This document shows, in pieces, positions 41,067 to 53,962 of a stretch of DNA of 64,000 bases. Numbering within the stretch: the first letter of the stretch is position 1; each line of letters starts with the position of its first letter. This DNA is from the human T2T-CHM13v2.0 reference genome, Homo sapiens. The notes under the pieces were generated by a model. That model ran no database searches. It was not told where the DNA came from and saw nothing but the letters and a program-made list of their open reading frames with translations. A program made the translations under genes and the position numbers. Location of the stretch: NCBI RefSeq assembly GCF_009914755.1, contig NC_060932.1; one strand, given 5' to 3'.

Positions 41067-43719
41067 ACATTGTCAAAATCTTCATGAGTTAAAGGTGAAG
41101 GTACAATCAGAACTGGTGCATGGAATTGGAACCATAGGTCTTAGTAAACACTGTAAAAATGCACTATTCAAATCTACAGAAAATGCTCTCTCTTCAAGTT
41201 CAGAAAGAAGCTACAATCTGCTTTTCCTTTTTTTCTGAAGGGAAGTAAAATTCTATGTTTCTGGACTAAGAGGTCTACACCCCAGTCTTTCTCTTTCTGA
41301 CATGTATAGTAATCTTTGGCAAATTACTCAAGCTTTCTTTGTTCTGGTGAAAATAAAGTGCACAGGACAGTATTACTAAGAGGCCTGAGCAACATTAGAG
41401 GTTGATAACGATGGTTCCAAAGGCCTTTAAGAAGGTGTAATGCTATGTGGATGTTTTTATTGAAACCTTCCCTGGGTTTTCAGAATTCTCTTTGGAATTA
41501 GTCCTGTGGGAATATGCCTTTTGGGATCTATTCTCACCTCTTATTCAGTCCCCCTTTTCTTGCATTACAATCTACAATTTGAAGTTATTCTGTCATTTAA
41601 AAATTAGGTCCATGACCTCATCATCACCGGGTTTTCCTCTCCAGGCCATTTCCAGTAGAATGTTGGTCATATTCTCATGTGAGAGAACAAATCAGTTATT
41701 CATTACATCTGATCAATGAGCTAGTACTACACCATAAGGAAGTGTAGTAAAACCAGAAACTGGGAAACACCCGAAAAAATTTGCTTTGCCCTGTGTTTTA
41801 ATTTGGGGTATGATAAAGTGCCACAGGACATTAATCCAGGGACTGAGATAGACTCTTAAGTTTGGCAATCAGTGAAAGAACTTGCTGAATCTCTCTAGAA
41901 TTAACCTAAAGGAGCCAGCCTCTTTTCTCATGAGAACAATTTATTTTAGGGTTAGTGGTGAATTAATTCTACAGTGTTTAATTCCACATATAAACTTCAT
42001 TTTCTATATAAATGTTTTGTTGTAACATATTCAATTACTTCCTTTTGTTGTTTTTCTGCAACATTCCCTTTTTCACCTTTTCTAACCTCTTAAACCAAAT
42101 AAAAAACTCACTTATCTTCTTGCTGTTGTAATATTTGCTTTCCTTTCTTGTTTATACTCTGTAATGATGTTTACCCGATCTGTCCACATCACCTGGATTC
42201 CAGGTGTACCATTCATGCCCTGGGGAAAGCAGTCATTCTTCAAGGCAACAGATGCAAGAATGAGCTCATGTCAAATGATATTTTCTGATTTTTTTCTCCA
42301 GATGTGGGGAACGAAATTGGATCTTGTGCTTTTGGGTGCTAACTTTGAGCCCTCTTCCTTTACATCTAAATGACAATTTGTGGATCAATGAGGATGTGTC
42401 AACTAGCCAAGATCGAGGACCTGGAGGGGTGCTCTGTGGAAACTGCTTTAAAATCCTTCAGAGGGTGGGCACGGAGCTCTGGTTCTGGTATGTTCACTGA
42501 ATCTGTAGCAGTGGGGAAACTTGCTGAGATTTGGCATTCAAGACCAAAGAGATTTACCTAGGATCTGTACCCTGTTGGCCAGAATTATTGCTACTGTTGT
42601 TCTTCAATTATGCTACTTTTTCACTTGGAAAGAGATGGAAACTTGTAAGGCAGTGAATCTATCTTTACTCCTTTTCAGATGGCTGATTCTAAAGGCAGGT
42701 TTAGGTTCCTGCTAACCCTTCTGTTCTGTCCTGATTGTCCGCCTTACTGAAGGTCTGTTTTCTACAGCTCACAATAGTCGGGTAGAGTCCAGTGATGCCA
42801 AGCCACAGAAATGAGACCTTGGAGGGAGAAGCACTACAGGCCTTTGCTTCAGTTTCCATAGAAATGAGCCAGAGGTGGTACCAGTCACAGGGGTTCTTAA
42901 AGCCAGAGAGAATTTATTTTGAGAATCCCATCATATAGCAAATACCACTCTGCAGTAGTTTTTACAGGTGTAATTTATTTCATTGCTCTGGATGGCTTTG
43001 GCTCAGGCTTTCCAATGCCCTGTTGCAGCATTTCTCCTTAGGAGAATTCTTTTTTTGTTGCTTTCAAACTTGATGGAAAAAGATAACCAATTCATGCCAG
43101 TCAAGCTACAGATTCTGAACAGAGGGTTTAAGATAATGTATTACATTTTACATATTTACATTTAATTTATGACATTTATTCCTGAAGGTTTAGGAGAAAA
43201 TTCAATCCCAACTAAAGAGCTGTAATTAAAAGAGCACGGAGCCAGCAGCCACAGGCCCCCAGCTCTGGCTGAAACTTCAGCTCTGCCAGAGATAACATTT
43301 CCTGTGTGACCTTGGGCAATTTTACAGCTTTCTGAGCTACGATTTCCTAGTTGGTAAAATAAAAGGACTGGATTGGCTGCTCTTTAACTTTTTCTGGCTT
43401 CTGAATTTCTCTGAATCAATGGTGTTACGTAATGCCAAGAAAGAGATTCCATGAAAAAATCTAACTGCTCTGTCGATGATGATTACTTAGAAATGGGGGT
43501 AAAAAAATTTATTTGCAGGAAGGTTGTTAGCAGTAACATCATAACGGAAGGAAAAAGAAAGGAAAGAAAAGAAAAAAACCTACCTATTTACCAAACTTCT
43601 GCAGTGTGCTAAGCAAATTCACAAACATTATCTCATGTGAAAAGACATAATAATTTCAGGGATTTCCCTCTTAAGGAAGAGAGATGACATTGTTGCTTGT
43701 TGCCCCAAAAGTGTTGTGA

Positions 43720-43925
43720 TAGCAACATTCATGGAGTGTTTCTATGTGCCAGGCACTCTTTGAGGCCCTTTACACATACTGACACAATTTATTATTCCAA
43801 TTTACAGACGATGCAGTTGAGGCATAAAGAGGTTAAGTAGCTTGCCCAAGACCATCCACTTAAGTAGCAGAGCCAAACTTTAAACTCAGAGAGTCAGGCT
43901 CTTGAAATTGCACTGTTAACTGTAT
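43720..43925 (-). mobile_element. MIR
   Basis: CTATGTGCCAGGCACT...TTTACAGACGATGCAGTTGAGGCATAAAGAGGTTAAGTAGCTTGCCCAAG. Confidence 0.75.
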
Positions 43926-46334
43926 CCCCACCTTGTCTTTTGCTATTCATTCATTAGGCAAACATTTGATGAGCACTGACTCTATGAAGGCATTAAGTTA
44001 ATCCCTTTTGAAGATTCCAAGCATGTCACCATATCTTTGTCTTTAAGAAGCTTAAACTATACACAATAGATGATCAGAAATGTGTGTGAAATGAGTGACC
44101 ACACTCAACCTTAGCCAGGCAGTACTTGATAACCATCTCCTGTATTCTGGAAATGTTCATAATTCCATTCAAGTAAGTAGACAGGGCCTGGCAAGAGGGG
44201 TCCCTGCTCTGGGCTCCTGCCCCAGAGGTCCCACTCTGGTTCTCCAGCCCTGGTCCTCTCTATGGCCAAGGAATCCAGGGATCACAGAATGCACGTACCT
44301 GGAGCCTGAGTCTCAGCCCCTTCTAACCTCCCTGTTGGGTAGTTGAGACCTTGCAACTCTCTTCTCCAAACCCACTGAGCCTACTTCCAGGGCTTGTACT
44401 GGAAGCAAACCCCATGAGGGCAGACCACATCCCCCAGGCACATGCTCCTCAGCCAGAGGGATGGCCAAGGGCAGCTATTTGTGGGAGGGGAGTATGGACA
44501 GACCTTAGACCCATGGGCCCACAAGGACCCGTGTGTAGCAGGACTGAACTGAGGATAGAAAGAGGAGTGGGTGGGTCAATTCCACCCACAATCCCACTGC
44601 CATGTTCAGTGCAGAACTCCAAAGACTGAGAGAACTCTACATTAGAACCTGGCCTTTTAAGTTTTTATGAAGATAACTTGTCAAGGTATGAGGACAGCCC
44701 ATGTTTCAATTAAACTTGCTCACTTGGTTTATAGCTTTTACAATTTAGACATATGGGCATGTGGGTTTCTATTTGGCCCCAGGATACCCCTCCACTTCAC
44801 CTCACGTTTACTCTGTTTCCTGTGCTCACCAAGCTCTAGCTCTTTCAGTTTCTTTCGTTTTCTAGAACTCCCCCAGGACGGTCTAACTCAGACACTCTTT
44901 CTGGTCTGTCTGCTCTTTGGGTGGTGACATCACGAAGTGGCTGGTTATGAAAGGAGCACTGTGCCGTAGAACTGAGGAAAGCACAGGCTCTGCTAGAGAT
45001 GTTAAGTATTCTCTCTCCCTGAAAGCTGGTTCTTCTGAAATCAAAATATTCAGGGGGGAAGGAAAAGAGGCACAGGGCATCTGAATTCCAAAGGACTAGG
45101 GAAGCCACCACTTCCCGGATAACTGCACTCCCTCCACCTTACACCTAAAACAAGGTTGAAGAGTCCTGTCAAGGCCATCTCAAAAGGAGAAGCAAAGCCT
45201 GCAGAGGAGGCCAGCCTGAGTCCTGGGGTGCGAACGGGTGCTGGGCTCAGCATGAGGAGGAGGAGACCCTGGCCACAGTTCCATGAATCTTTGCTCCCTT
45301 CCACATTATGGATTCTGGTGAGTGCCTGCCAGAGGAATGTCTGACAGCTCTACCCTCAACTGGATCATCTTTAGCCCAAATTACAATAATTTAAGTGAAT
45401 CAAATTACTATAAAAAGATACTTCATTATTAATTCACTGGACATTTACTGAGGGCCTACTCTGTGCCAGGCAATGCTCTGAACTTGCCCTACCTATTGGA
45501 TGCTACGTGCTAAATGTTATAGACAATGTACTCTCGTACATTCTATAAATTATATAGGATATAATGAGTACTATATTCTCTATGCTTTACATGCTATATT
45601 AAACATCACACCCTATAGTCTACATACAATGGATAATATACAAAATATATTATATATGTATTATGTCTACTAGAACAGTCTTTTGCCACAATAGGAATTT
45701 AGTAAATATACATTGAATGAATGAATGAATGAATATGATACTTAATACCATATTCTAGCAGAGCTTGGTCATTGAAGAGTTATTCTTCCAAACCCTTCCC
45801 TTTCCTACCCCCCTCTTGAAGGCTAAGAAGATTTTCATCTTTCACCACCTGTTCTGGATTCTTGGAACAGGTAAATTCATTGGCCTACGCAAGTCTGAGC
45901 TCTAGGTCTGAACCCGCATGGACCTGAGGGTGCACCGAGAAAAGAAAGGCTGACAACTGGATCCCGGGAATGTCAAGGCCACCCTGGGCTTGAAGGGACC
46001 GGCCATGCCTCCAAGCCTTGCCCAGAGAGGGGGTTCAGGATGCTGCGTGGTTCCAGGTGATCTATTGCTTTCTCGAGTTTAAAGTTCAGAGGATCATGAA
46101 GTACCACAGCTGGAAGGGGTGTAAGTGACACTGCCTAGCCTAACTCTCTTAAAAATCATAGCCCTACTCCTGCCTCCCCAAATCAGATACGACAGGCATA
46201 GGCTCTGACTGTTCCTTAAGTCTTAGTGGCAATACTCCCTGACCAGTTTTGCGGGGTTGCTCCCAGTTCCATTGCTTTTGTAACAGGTGGCCAGAAAGCC
46301 TGGGGTCCCGTGATAAGAGTTTCAGTTCTTTCCA

Positions 46335-46432
46335 GGATGGATGGAAAGAAGGAAGGAAGGATGGATGGATGGATGAATGAATGAGCGGGTGAGCGGATGG
46401 ATGGATGGATGGATGGATGGATGGATAGATGG
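46335..46432. repeat. Compound (GGAT)n/(GGAA)/(GAAT) microsatellite at the edge of the BAALC promoter
   Basis: Direct reading. Confidence 0.9.
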
Positions 46433-46739
46433 GCCAGAGACTGGGAACGGTAATGCCGGCCAGACGGGTCCGAGCGCCTCGGGAGCCCCAGCCCTCCTCC
46501 GGCTGCGGGGCCGCTGCTCCTGCTCCCGGGCCGTCACGGAGCCCTGAGGGAGGGGGCGGGCGAGCGGGGGCCTTGGGGCGGCCAGGGCGCTGGGAGGGAG
46601 GACTGGGCGGTGGGGACCGGAGGGGAGGGAGGGCCTTGGAGGCGGAGAGGAGGGACGGGCTGGGAGAGGGCCCGGACTAGGGGCGGCGGGCACCGCAGGA
46701 GCTCCGCGCGGCTGCAGCGCGGGCGGGAGCGGGGACGCG

Positions 46740-46790
46740 ATGTCGCCGCCGCCGCCTCCTTGCGGGCCGGGGCTGCGCCTCCGGGGCTGA
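46740..46790 (+). other. Upstream ORF (MSPPPPPCGPGLRLRG*) in the presumed BAALC 5' leader
   Basis: GCGATGT...GGCTGA; 16 sense codons, out of frame with the main ORF, ending 56 nt before the main ATG. Confidence 0.55.
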
Positions 46791-46846
46791 GCCGCCGCCA
46801 GAGCCGACAGCCGAGCAGCCGCTGGGCGCTCCCGCGGCGCAGGAGG

Positions 46847-47006
46847 ATGGGCTGCGGCGGGAGCCGGGCGGATGCCATCGAGCCCCGCTACTACGAGAGC
46901 TGGACCCGGGAGACAGAATCCACCTGGCTCACCTACACCGACTCGGACGCGCCGCCCAGCGCCGCCGCCCCGGACAGCGGCCCCGAAGCGGGCGGCCTGC
47001 ACTCGG
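46847..47006 (+). CDS. BAALC: BAALC (brain and acute leukemia, cytoplasmic) coding exon 1, 53 codons + 1 nt (phase-1 intron)
   Basis: Translates MGCGGSRADAIEPRYYESWTRETESTWLTYTDSDAPPSAAAPDSGPEAGGLHS, the recognised BAALC N-terminus. Strong Kozak AGGATGG; donor G|GTAAGT at 47007; Gly2/Cys3 acylation motif. Confidence 0.97.
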
Positions 47007-50000
47007 GTAAGTGGCCGGGCCCCTGCAGACCCTCGCCCGCCCGCTACCCCGGGCGCCTTGGCCCGGGCACTGAGAGAGGAGCCGGTTCCCTGAGGAATTG
47101 ATGGCGCGGCGGGGGTGGCTGGGAGGAAGCAGAGGCAGGACCTGCCCACTGATCAGTGGACAGATGCAAGCCCAGGGAGTGGGGTCGACCAGAGCCCCTT
47201 ACCGAAGGCTGCGCCGATGCCCCAGCTTCCAGCAGCCCAATGCTCTTTGGCCTTGTCCAAAGCTTGCTCGCTGGTCGGGAGACCGGTGGGTGGGAGGACA
47301 GCCCACCTCCTCCGCACACATATCCCTCAGCCACCCACCCCCTGATCCGCCCAGGGCCGCCTCCGCCCCGCTTTGGCCCATCTGCCATCCCCTGGCCACC
47401 TGCGTACCCAGCCGGGTGACTTCTCATCCATTGGCCACCTGGTGCCCCTCTCTCCCTGGATTTATACACAAGGCGCCTGCCTGGGATCGCCTGGGTGGAG
47501 TCTTTCTTGTCGCTTCCCCTTTTCTCCCTCTAGGAAATGAGCCCACTCGCGGGCTTCAAAGACCAGAATCCCAGTTTAGGTCAAAATAAATGCACCCCGC
47601 CCCATCGCTAGTTCTGCACTTTAGGTTACTTTTGGAGCAGTTGTTCCATAGCAAAGGACTTCTCTCCCTACCCTATGGTGTCCCAATGCTTTGCAGGAGG
47701 CAGGGCACACATGTGGATTTTGACTATAAATTAAATACTCTTGCCTAGGTCATTCCTCATCCAGCAGAAATCTGATAAAAGGAGATGCAAAGAATTGTCT
47801 GGTCAGGTCATAAGTCAGGATTTTATTTTATTTTATTTTTTTATTTTTTAGCAGAACAAGTAATTATAGCGCAGAGATGCAAACTGTTGCCACAGACTGA
47901 CCTTTAATCATAAACATATTGGTGACATTAAAAGGAAAAAATCTCACTACTTATTACATGGATGTTGTCCAAAGCAAGGTCAATATTTGGATAAAAATGT
48001 TTTAAGTGTTTCTTCACCCACTGATATTATTGGCATTTTTGAATAATGAAATCTAAAATGGAAAATAGGGTTAATTTGAAGCATAATGTATAACATATGG
48101 AAGAGGAAGGAAATGCGAATTACTTTTACAAGGTTAAGAATCTTAAATCCATGCCTACTAAATAGAGCTGTCACTTTAATCAAGAATAGGTTTCTCCATT
48201 TTTAAGGACCAAAGCTGGCTCCTTTTCCACATTAACTTTGTGACTTGGTTTTATTTTAAAATTGAGGACTGTCTGTGAAAGCTGTACAATACATTACACT
48301 ATATTTGTCTCCAGTTTTTCTGACTCACAGTGGCAATCAGAATGGTTATTTTGTATTGCCAATGCTTTTAGCAAGTCACCAAATGGTGTGTTGGCTGAAT
48401 TCAGTGTCAGCATGAGGATAGATATGAGCCTTTTAGAGGGACCTGGTAAATGTTAGATGTGACAGGGTTTCCCAAGGAGGTATGGTACTTCTCAGCAGAG
48501 AGTCAAAGGCCAGAGATGTACTCCGAAGAAATAAGGGTGAAAAGATCTAGCATGAAAAAAATAATAATAAAAAACAACCAAAACCCCGTAAGTACAGCTT
48601 TAAGAAATGGTTGCCGTGGTGACTGGGAGTATATGGTGTGTGTGTGTATGTGCGTATATGCATATGTATGGGTATGAAAGAGTTATTATGGGATGGCTCT
48701 ATATGTACATACATGTTCCTCACAACTTTCCTGACACTCCTTGATTTATTACTCTGCCATACTAATTCATATCCCATCCATCATGAGATCTGGTCACTGC
48801 AACAGGTGGGGCCTGGGACAGACACACTCATTCATGGTACCCTGCCAAACATGGGCCAGCCCTGCCAGAGAGGTGGTCCTGAAGGCCTGCATCCTCCAGA
48901 GGAGAAGCTCCACTTCAGCCCCAGGACAGCACCCTGAAATTGGCAAGACGCTTGTATGGGCAGGGTCATTTTAATTCCCTGGGAATTTCTGTTAGCCTCA
49001 GGGGAGAGGGATATTTCTGAAGACCAAGATTAAATCAAGGCCTTCTTTGGGGGTGTACTGGCATTCCCTAGGGCCTTTGGGAATGGCTTGACTTCTGTGG
49101 GTTTTTCAGACTGGGAGCTGGTCATCTTTAGTCAGAATGGGTCATCCGTGAAAGCTACAGATCTCCTGGGTTTCAGCCACCCTGGGAGACTGGCCAGGAT
49201 TCTGTATTCCTTTCATCTTCTCTGCCCCCTCACTTCCACCTCACCCACCCCCTGCCAGTGCTTTACTCATGATTTTACTCCCAAGCTGCTGGGGGACACC
49301 TAACAGCCCCCAGTGGCTGCGTTGTGATAGGAGGCCAGAATGCCACTTTTTCCTGTTTACAGAAGTTGTTTTCTGATGGGAGAGGTGGGTAGGAGTAAAT
49401 GAAAGAGCCAGTAGATTCAGGAGAGTCCAGACTGTGAAATCAACAAAAATGGCTTCACTACTAGAATTCTAGAGCTGGAGAAGGTCTCTGGAAGTCAGCC
49501 ACGTGAGTCAAATGAGACTCTCAGGGGAATCATCCCCATCTGAACACTCCTTCAACCACTCACAGACTTTACCCTCAGCTCCCAAGAATCCCTTCTTTCT
49601 GGGACCTTAGTGATTCTCCTTTGGTGTCAAACTGAAGCCACCTTTTCTCCTGGCTACTTCAGGACTTTTGAGGGCTAGGGGAGAAGCTAATTCATCTTTG
49701 CATCTTCTGTGCTGAACACATCTGGGACTTGTAAAAGTTTTCAGAATGAATGGATGCTCTGTCTGAACCTGTCCTCCGTCCTGTCAGCTCTTCCTAGAGC
49801 CCCTTCTGCCTCTTCTTTGCAGTACTTGCTACTGAGGTTTTCCCACTTGAATCAATTTAGCCTGAATTCTTCCAACGGCCTTTCTGATCGCACAACTTCT
49901 CTTTAAAAAGTTCTCCCCAACTTTACCCTACTCCATTCAAACACCTGGCCCAACCCAACGATTCCATTTCTTCTGTAGCCTCCCTGAACCCACAACCTCA

Positions 50001-50789
50001 ACTCCACAAACATGTCTGCCCAAGAAAAGTCCCATTTAATCATATCTGCTTTTAAATCTCACTTGTGTTTCTCTTAGCCCAATCCAGATTGAGGGTGTGT
50101 CACATGACAGGTGTTCAGCAAATATTTGTTGAATGAATTCTGAATTTCACTGCAGGGAGGGGGCATGTTTTTCTCCCAGTTCCACAAAGAAGAAGGTTTC
50201 TTGCATCTTCTTACTCAAAAAATGATCCTGAGCCTGTGGTTCCTGTTTTTGGAGATCATCTCCACTACTCAATGGAATTGAATTAATTTTTTAGATTTGA
50301 CTGTTACGTAGGCTAGAATTTAAAAGCTAGCTGAAGCCAAGGTATGTGATATCCATTGCTTTCCTGTGTCACCAAAGTCTGTCCCTCTGTTACAGAAGGA
50401 AATTAAATTGGTCTGACATAATTTAATCCTCATAAAATCAGTCTGCTGGATTGATTTTTAATTCTGTTGCCTGGTGGGGGTCTCCAAGGAGAAAGGAAGT
50501 CTCTGAGGTTGCCATGACCCAACCTAGCTCAGTCATTCCATTCATTAATAACTTCCTAGCTTCATCTCAGTGTAATCACAAGCCCCAAAAATTGCATCCT
50601 TAAGCACACTTTTTTTCTAATTTCTCCAGAGAAAACATTTCAAAACTTTCTAAAGGACTTGTACTTTACATTTTTAAATTGCTAAATCATTGTCTTAGTA
50701 TAATAGAGGTTTGCAGAATTACAGACAGCAAAATGATTTACCTAAATAAACTGAAAGATAGTCAAATAAAATGGACAGCATTTAATATC

Positions 50790-51010
50790 ACCATTACCCA
50801 TCATTTATTAATGACTTACTGGGGCCTGGTGCTTTATTGGGCACTTTGAATTTTCTCATTGAATCCTCACTTCAGGAACGAGGCAGGAACTATAGCCACC
50901 CTCCTTTTACAAGTGAGGAAATGAGGCTGGAAGTCTGCAAGTAACTTTTCCCAGTTCCAGCCTGGAATCTAGTTCTATCCATTTCCAAAGCCTCTACTCC
51001 TAAATACTGC
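50790..51010 (-). mobile_element. MIR
   Basis: CATTTATTAATGACTTACT...TTTTACAAGTGAGGAAATGAGGCT. Confidence 0.65.
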
Positions 51011-53257
51011 CTTCCTGATTAATAGGGGATATGCTATGAAATTCTTGATTTTACAGTTCACTAAACTCAAAGTCAAGTCTGATCTCTTGATTCTACTCTG
51101 ATCTCAGACAGCACAATTGTCTTCTGCATCATCTCTAAGGATGGAATATCTTTTCCCTAAGGAAGGAGGCTTTCCCATAACTTTATGAAGCAGTTCTCCT
51201 GTGAGACTCTTCCTGCTTCCTTGTAATTTCTACCCGGTGAACTCCAGACCCATGTGATCAAGTCTTGCACAGACAACTCTTTCAATATTTGAAGATGGCT
51301 GTCACATCTCTTACCATTGGTCTTCCAGGTCAAATACATGCAGTTCCTTCAATCACTTCTCACACCTCAGGTAGGCCTGACCACATTCTCTAAATACACT
51401 ACTCGGTTTGTCAAAGTCCCTCTTGATACAAGGGACCTATGGCTAACTCCAAGCTACTGATGTCAGCTGAACGGCATAGGGCAATACAAGGTGTGCTATG
51501 ATATGGTCATTGAACAAACCTCTCTTGGTGCATGTAAAATCAGGTTAGGATTTGTTTGTTTTCCTGCTGTTGTTGTTGCCATATTACCTTGAAGACTCAC
51601 ATTAAGCTTATGATTAGTTAAAATCCTTAGATCTTTCTTTATAATCAAATTTAAGTTTTATGACATCAAGGACATTGTATTTTCTCTGCTATGTACCCAG
51701 CACCTGGTACAGTGACTAGAACGTAGGTGGCGCTCAATAAACGTTTGTTGAATGAATGAATTTCTTTCCTTATGAATCCTGAATTGGTATAATTGACTTC
51801 AGTAACCCAAATAAGGAATTTTTGCATTTATTTCTGTTAAATTTCATCTTATTGGTTTCAGTTTAACGTTTAAATTTGCTGACCTTGATTCATTTTGATA
51901 GAGCTATGAAAACAATATTCTAGGTCTTTGTTTCTCTGTGTTGACAGAATAAGATAAAAGACATCTTTTTTTGCTCTTTTGTTCACTGAATAGACATTTG
52001 GCACAAAGATGACCTGAAGAAGTTACTATTATAGGGAAGAAAAACATAAAAGTGGACACCGTTCAGGTCAGCATTGTCCATGGTCCATACTAGAAGGGCA
52101 TGTAGAAAAGCATTAGAGGCATTCAGGAACTAAGCAGTTTTTTTCTGCCTGGGGAGGGGTCAGTGTGTATACAGACCCCTGCAGGAGCCCAGCAGAGGAA
52201 GGGGGACTGTCCGAGCCAACCCTCCCACCCTGGAGAGGAACAGGAGTGCAGCCCAGCTGGCCTGACTCCATCCCCGAGAGTGAGAGCACCTGTGGAGAGG
52301 ACAGCCAGGGCTTCCTGGTGGATAAACCCCCTCCACCCACACCCCAGCTGCCTTGACTTACCTGTTACCGCTTGTGGTTCTATCTTTGAATAACTAGTGA
52401 TTAATGTCTGCTTCCGTCAAGGATGACTGTTAGGTTTGGTAAGGCAAGGGTTCTGTTGGGTTAGATAAGGTTTCATTTCACACACAGTCCTATCCCTGTA
52501 CCTAACGCTGTTCTGGCTACATCAGGACCCTGAGTAACTTCTCATAAATGAATAAATCTAAAACTTCTGTTTGTCAATTTCTTCTTGTAGACCCCAGAGA
52601 TGATGTTCTCTTTCCTCATCAGTTCTCTCTGCTCAACTTTTTGTTGTCTGTCTGATGGGCTGCACAGTAAGAAAACATCCCCACCTTCCTTACACCCCTT
52701 TTGCCAAACACAAGCCTTTTTGTTATAAGCTGTTTCTTAAAATCACTGCAAGAGACAAGTGGTAACAAACCTAGGCAGTTTGTAAAGGTTTAGGCAGCCT
52801 CATGTTCCCATGGCCCTTGTCTCCTGGGCAGAGTATCATGTTGTGCCATTGGCTCTCCAGACACTTTGAGAGTCTAGTGATGGTACCTGTCACACTGCAT
52901 TGCCAGGGCTTGGTCATTCCTCTGTCTCTCTAGTTAGTCTGTGAGCTCTTCCAGGTTGGGGATCACATGATTGATATTTGCATGCCTGGCATCTTCCACA
53001 CATTTGTTGAATGACTGTGAAAATGAATAAATGAATGAATGATCTAGCTGTGCAAATGAAGCTTAGTCTGTCATTCTTATAACCTCTTTCCTGAGTCTCA
53101 TCTTAGATGCTTTTGTCTTAGATATCAGTCCATTGAACCTTGTCTTCATTGGACATTAGATAAAACAATTCCAACCCTAGCCAAAGATGAATTTAAGGTG
53201 ACTCCACTGCAGGGTGTAGTAGTATCCTAAGTGCATTCCAGAATTTCCTCCAGAATA

Positions 53258-53390
53258 TGTAGAAAGAATGAATAAGACCTACTATTTGATAGCACAATGG
53301 GATGATGATAGTCAATAATAACTCAACTGTATATTTTTAAATAATTTAAAGAGTGTAATTGGATTGTATGTAACTCAAAGGATAAATGCA
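53258..53390 (+). mobile_element. L1MA 3'UTR fragment
   Basis: AGAAAGAATGAATAAGACCTACTATTTGATAGCACAA...AAAGGATAAATGC. Confidence 0.8.
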
Positions 53391-53962
53391 GATTTTTTTT
53401 TCTGCAAAAAACATTGCAGATTTTTTTTTCTTCGATTAATAGGCCCTGGTGGGAAGAACCTAGTCTTCTCTGAGTCAGAAAGGGGTCTTTTCCTGGCTCA
53501 TTCTTCACTCAGCAATCCCTCAGGTTTGGACTCCTGGAGGTCCAACCTTCACCCTGGGATCTGTGCACCTGTGATCCATAGCATCTTCCTGCTGATAAGG
53601 CCATTCTGCCCTTGTGAGGTTGGGTGTCTAAACCTGTTCTCGGACAATGGTGCTGTGCCATTCATCCCAGGAGCCCTCCCATGTCAGGCCTACAGCCTCG
53701 AGACACTCTCAGCAGACCTTTGGCCTCCGCTGCAAAATCCTATCCCTATAAAGACTCCTTCAGAGCCTCTCTGGCCAGTCTATATGCCACATTTACTCTC
53801 CTCTGCAGAGCAGACTCGAGGGGTTTACCCTGAGCCCAATCATGATATAGCTCCTGCTAGCTTGGCTACCAGGAACGCTTGCTTCCTCACATGCCTGACT
53901 CCCACTCTGTCTCATGCCCAACCACAGCCATCTCTCTTGAGAATGTTGTTCTTTTAGAATGT

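Larger units (their letters stand above)
46440..47560. promoter_or_regulatory. BAALC: CpG island / TATA-less BAALC promoter (probably also drives antisense transcription)
   Basis: Abrupt rise in GC and CpG density against CpG-depleted flanks; GC boxes (GGGGGCGGG ~46552, GGGGCGG ~46575 and ~46680, CCGCCCC ~47363); spans exon 1. Confidence 0.9.

Noticed and set aside
46610-46846. 79-codon in-frame N-terminal extension of BAALC from a GTG
   Set aside because: Non-ATG start probably at or upstream of the TSS; an extension would bury the Gly2 myristoylation site.
46322-47149. 275-aa minus-strand ORF and other long ORFs across the CpG island
   Set aside because: Pro/Ala/Arg/Gly-rich products of stop-poor GC-rich DNA, ending in microsatellite translation (SIHP repeats); no family resemblance.
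47250-47300. Reported RUNX1-site-creating regulatory SNP near BAALC exon 1
   Set aside because: Exact position and allele cannot be determined from this sequence.
53364-53957. 197-aa + strand ORF in intron 1
   Set aside because: Begins inside an L1 fragment at a near-cognate codon; no recognisable domain or flanking splice evidence.
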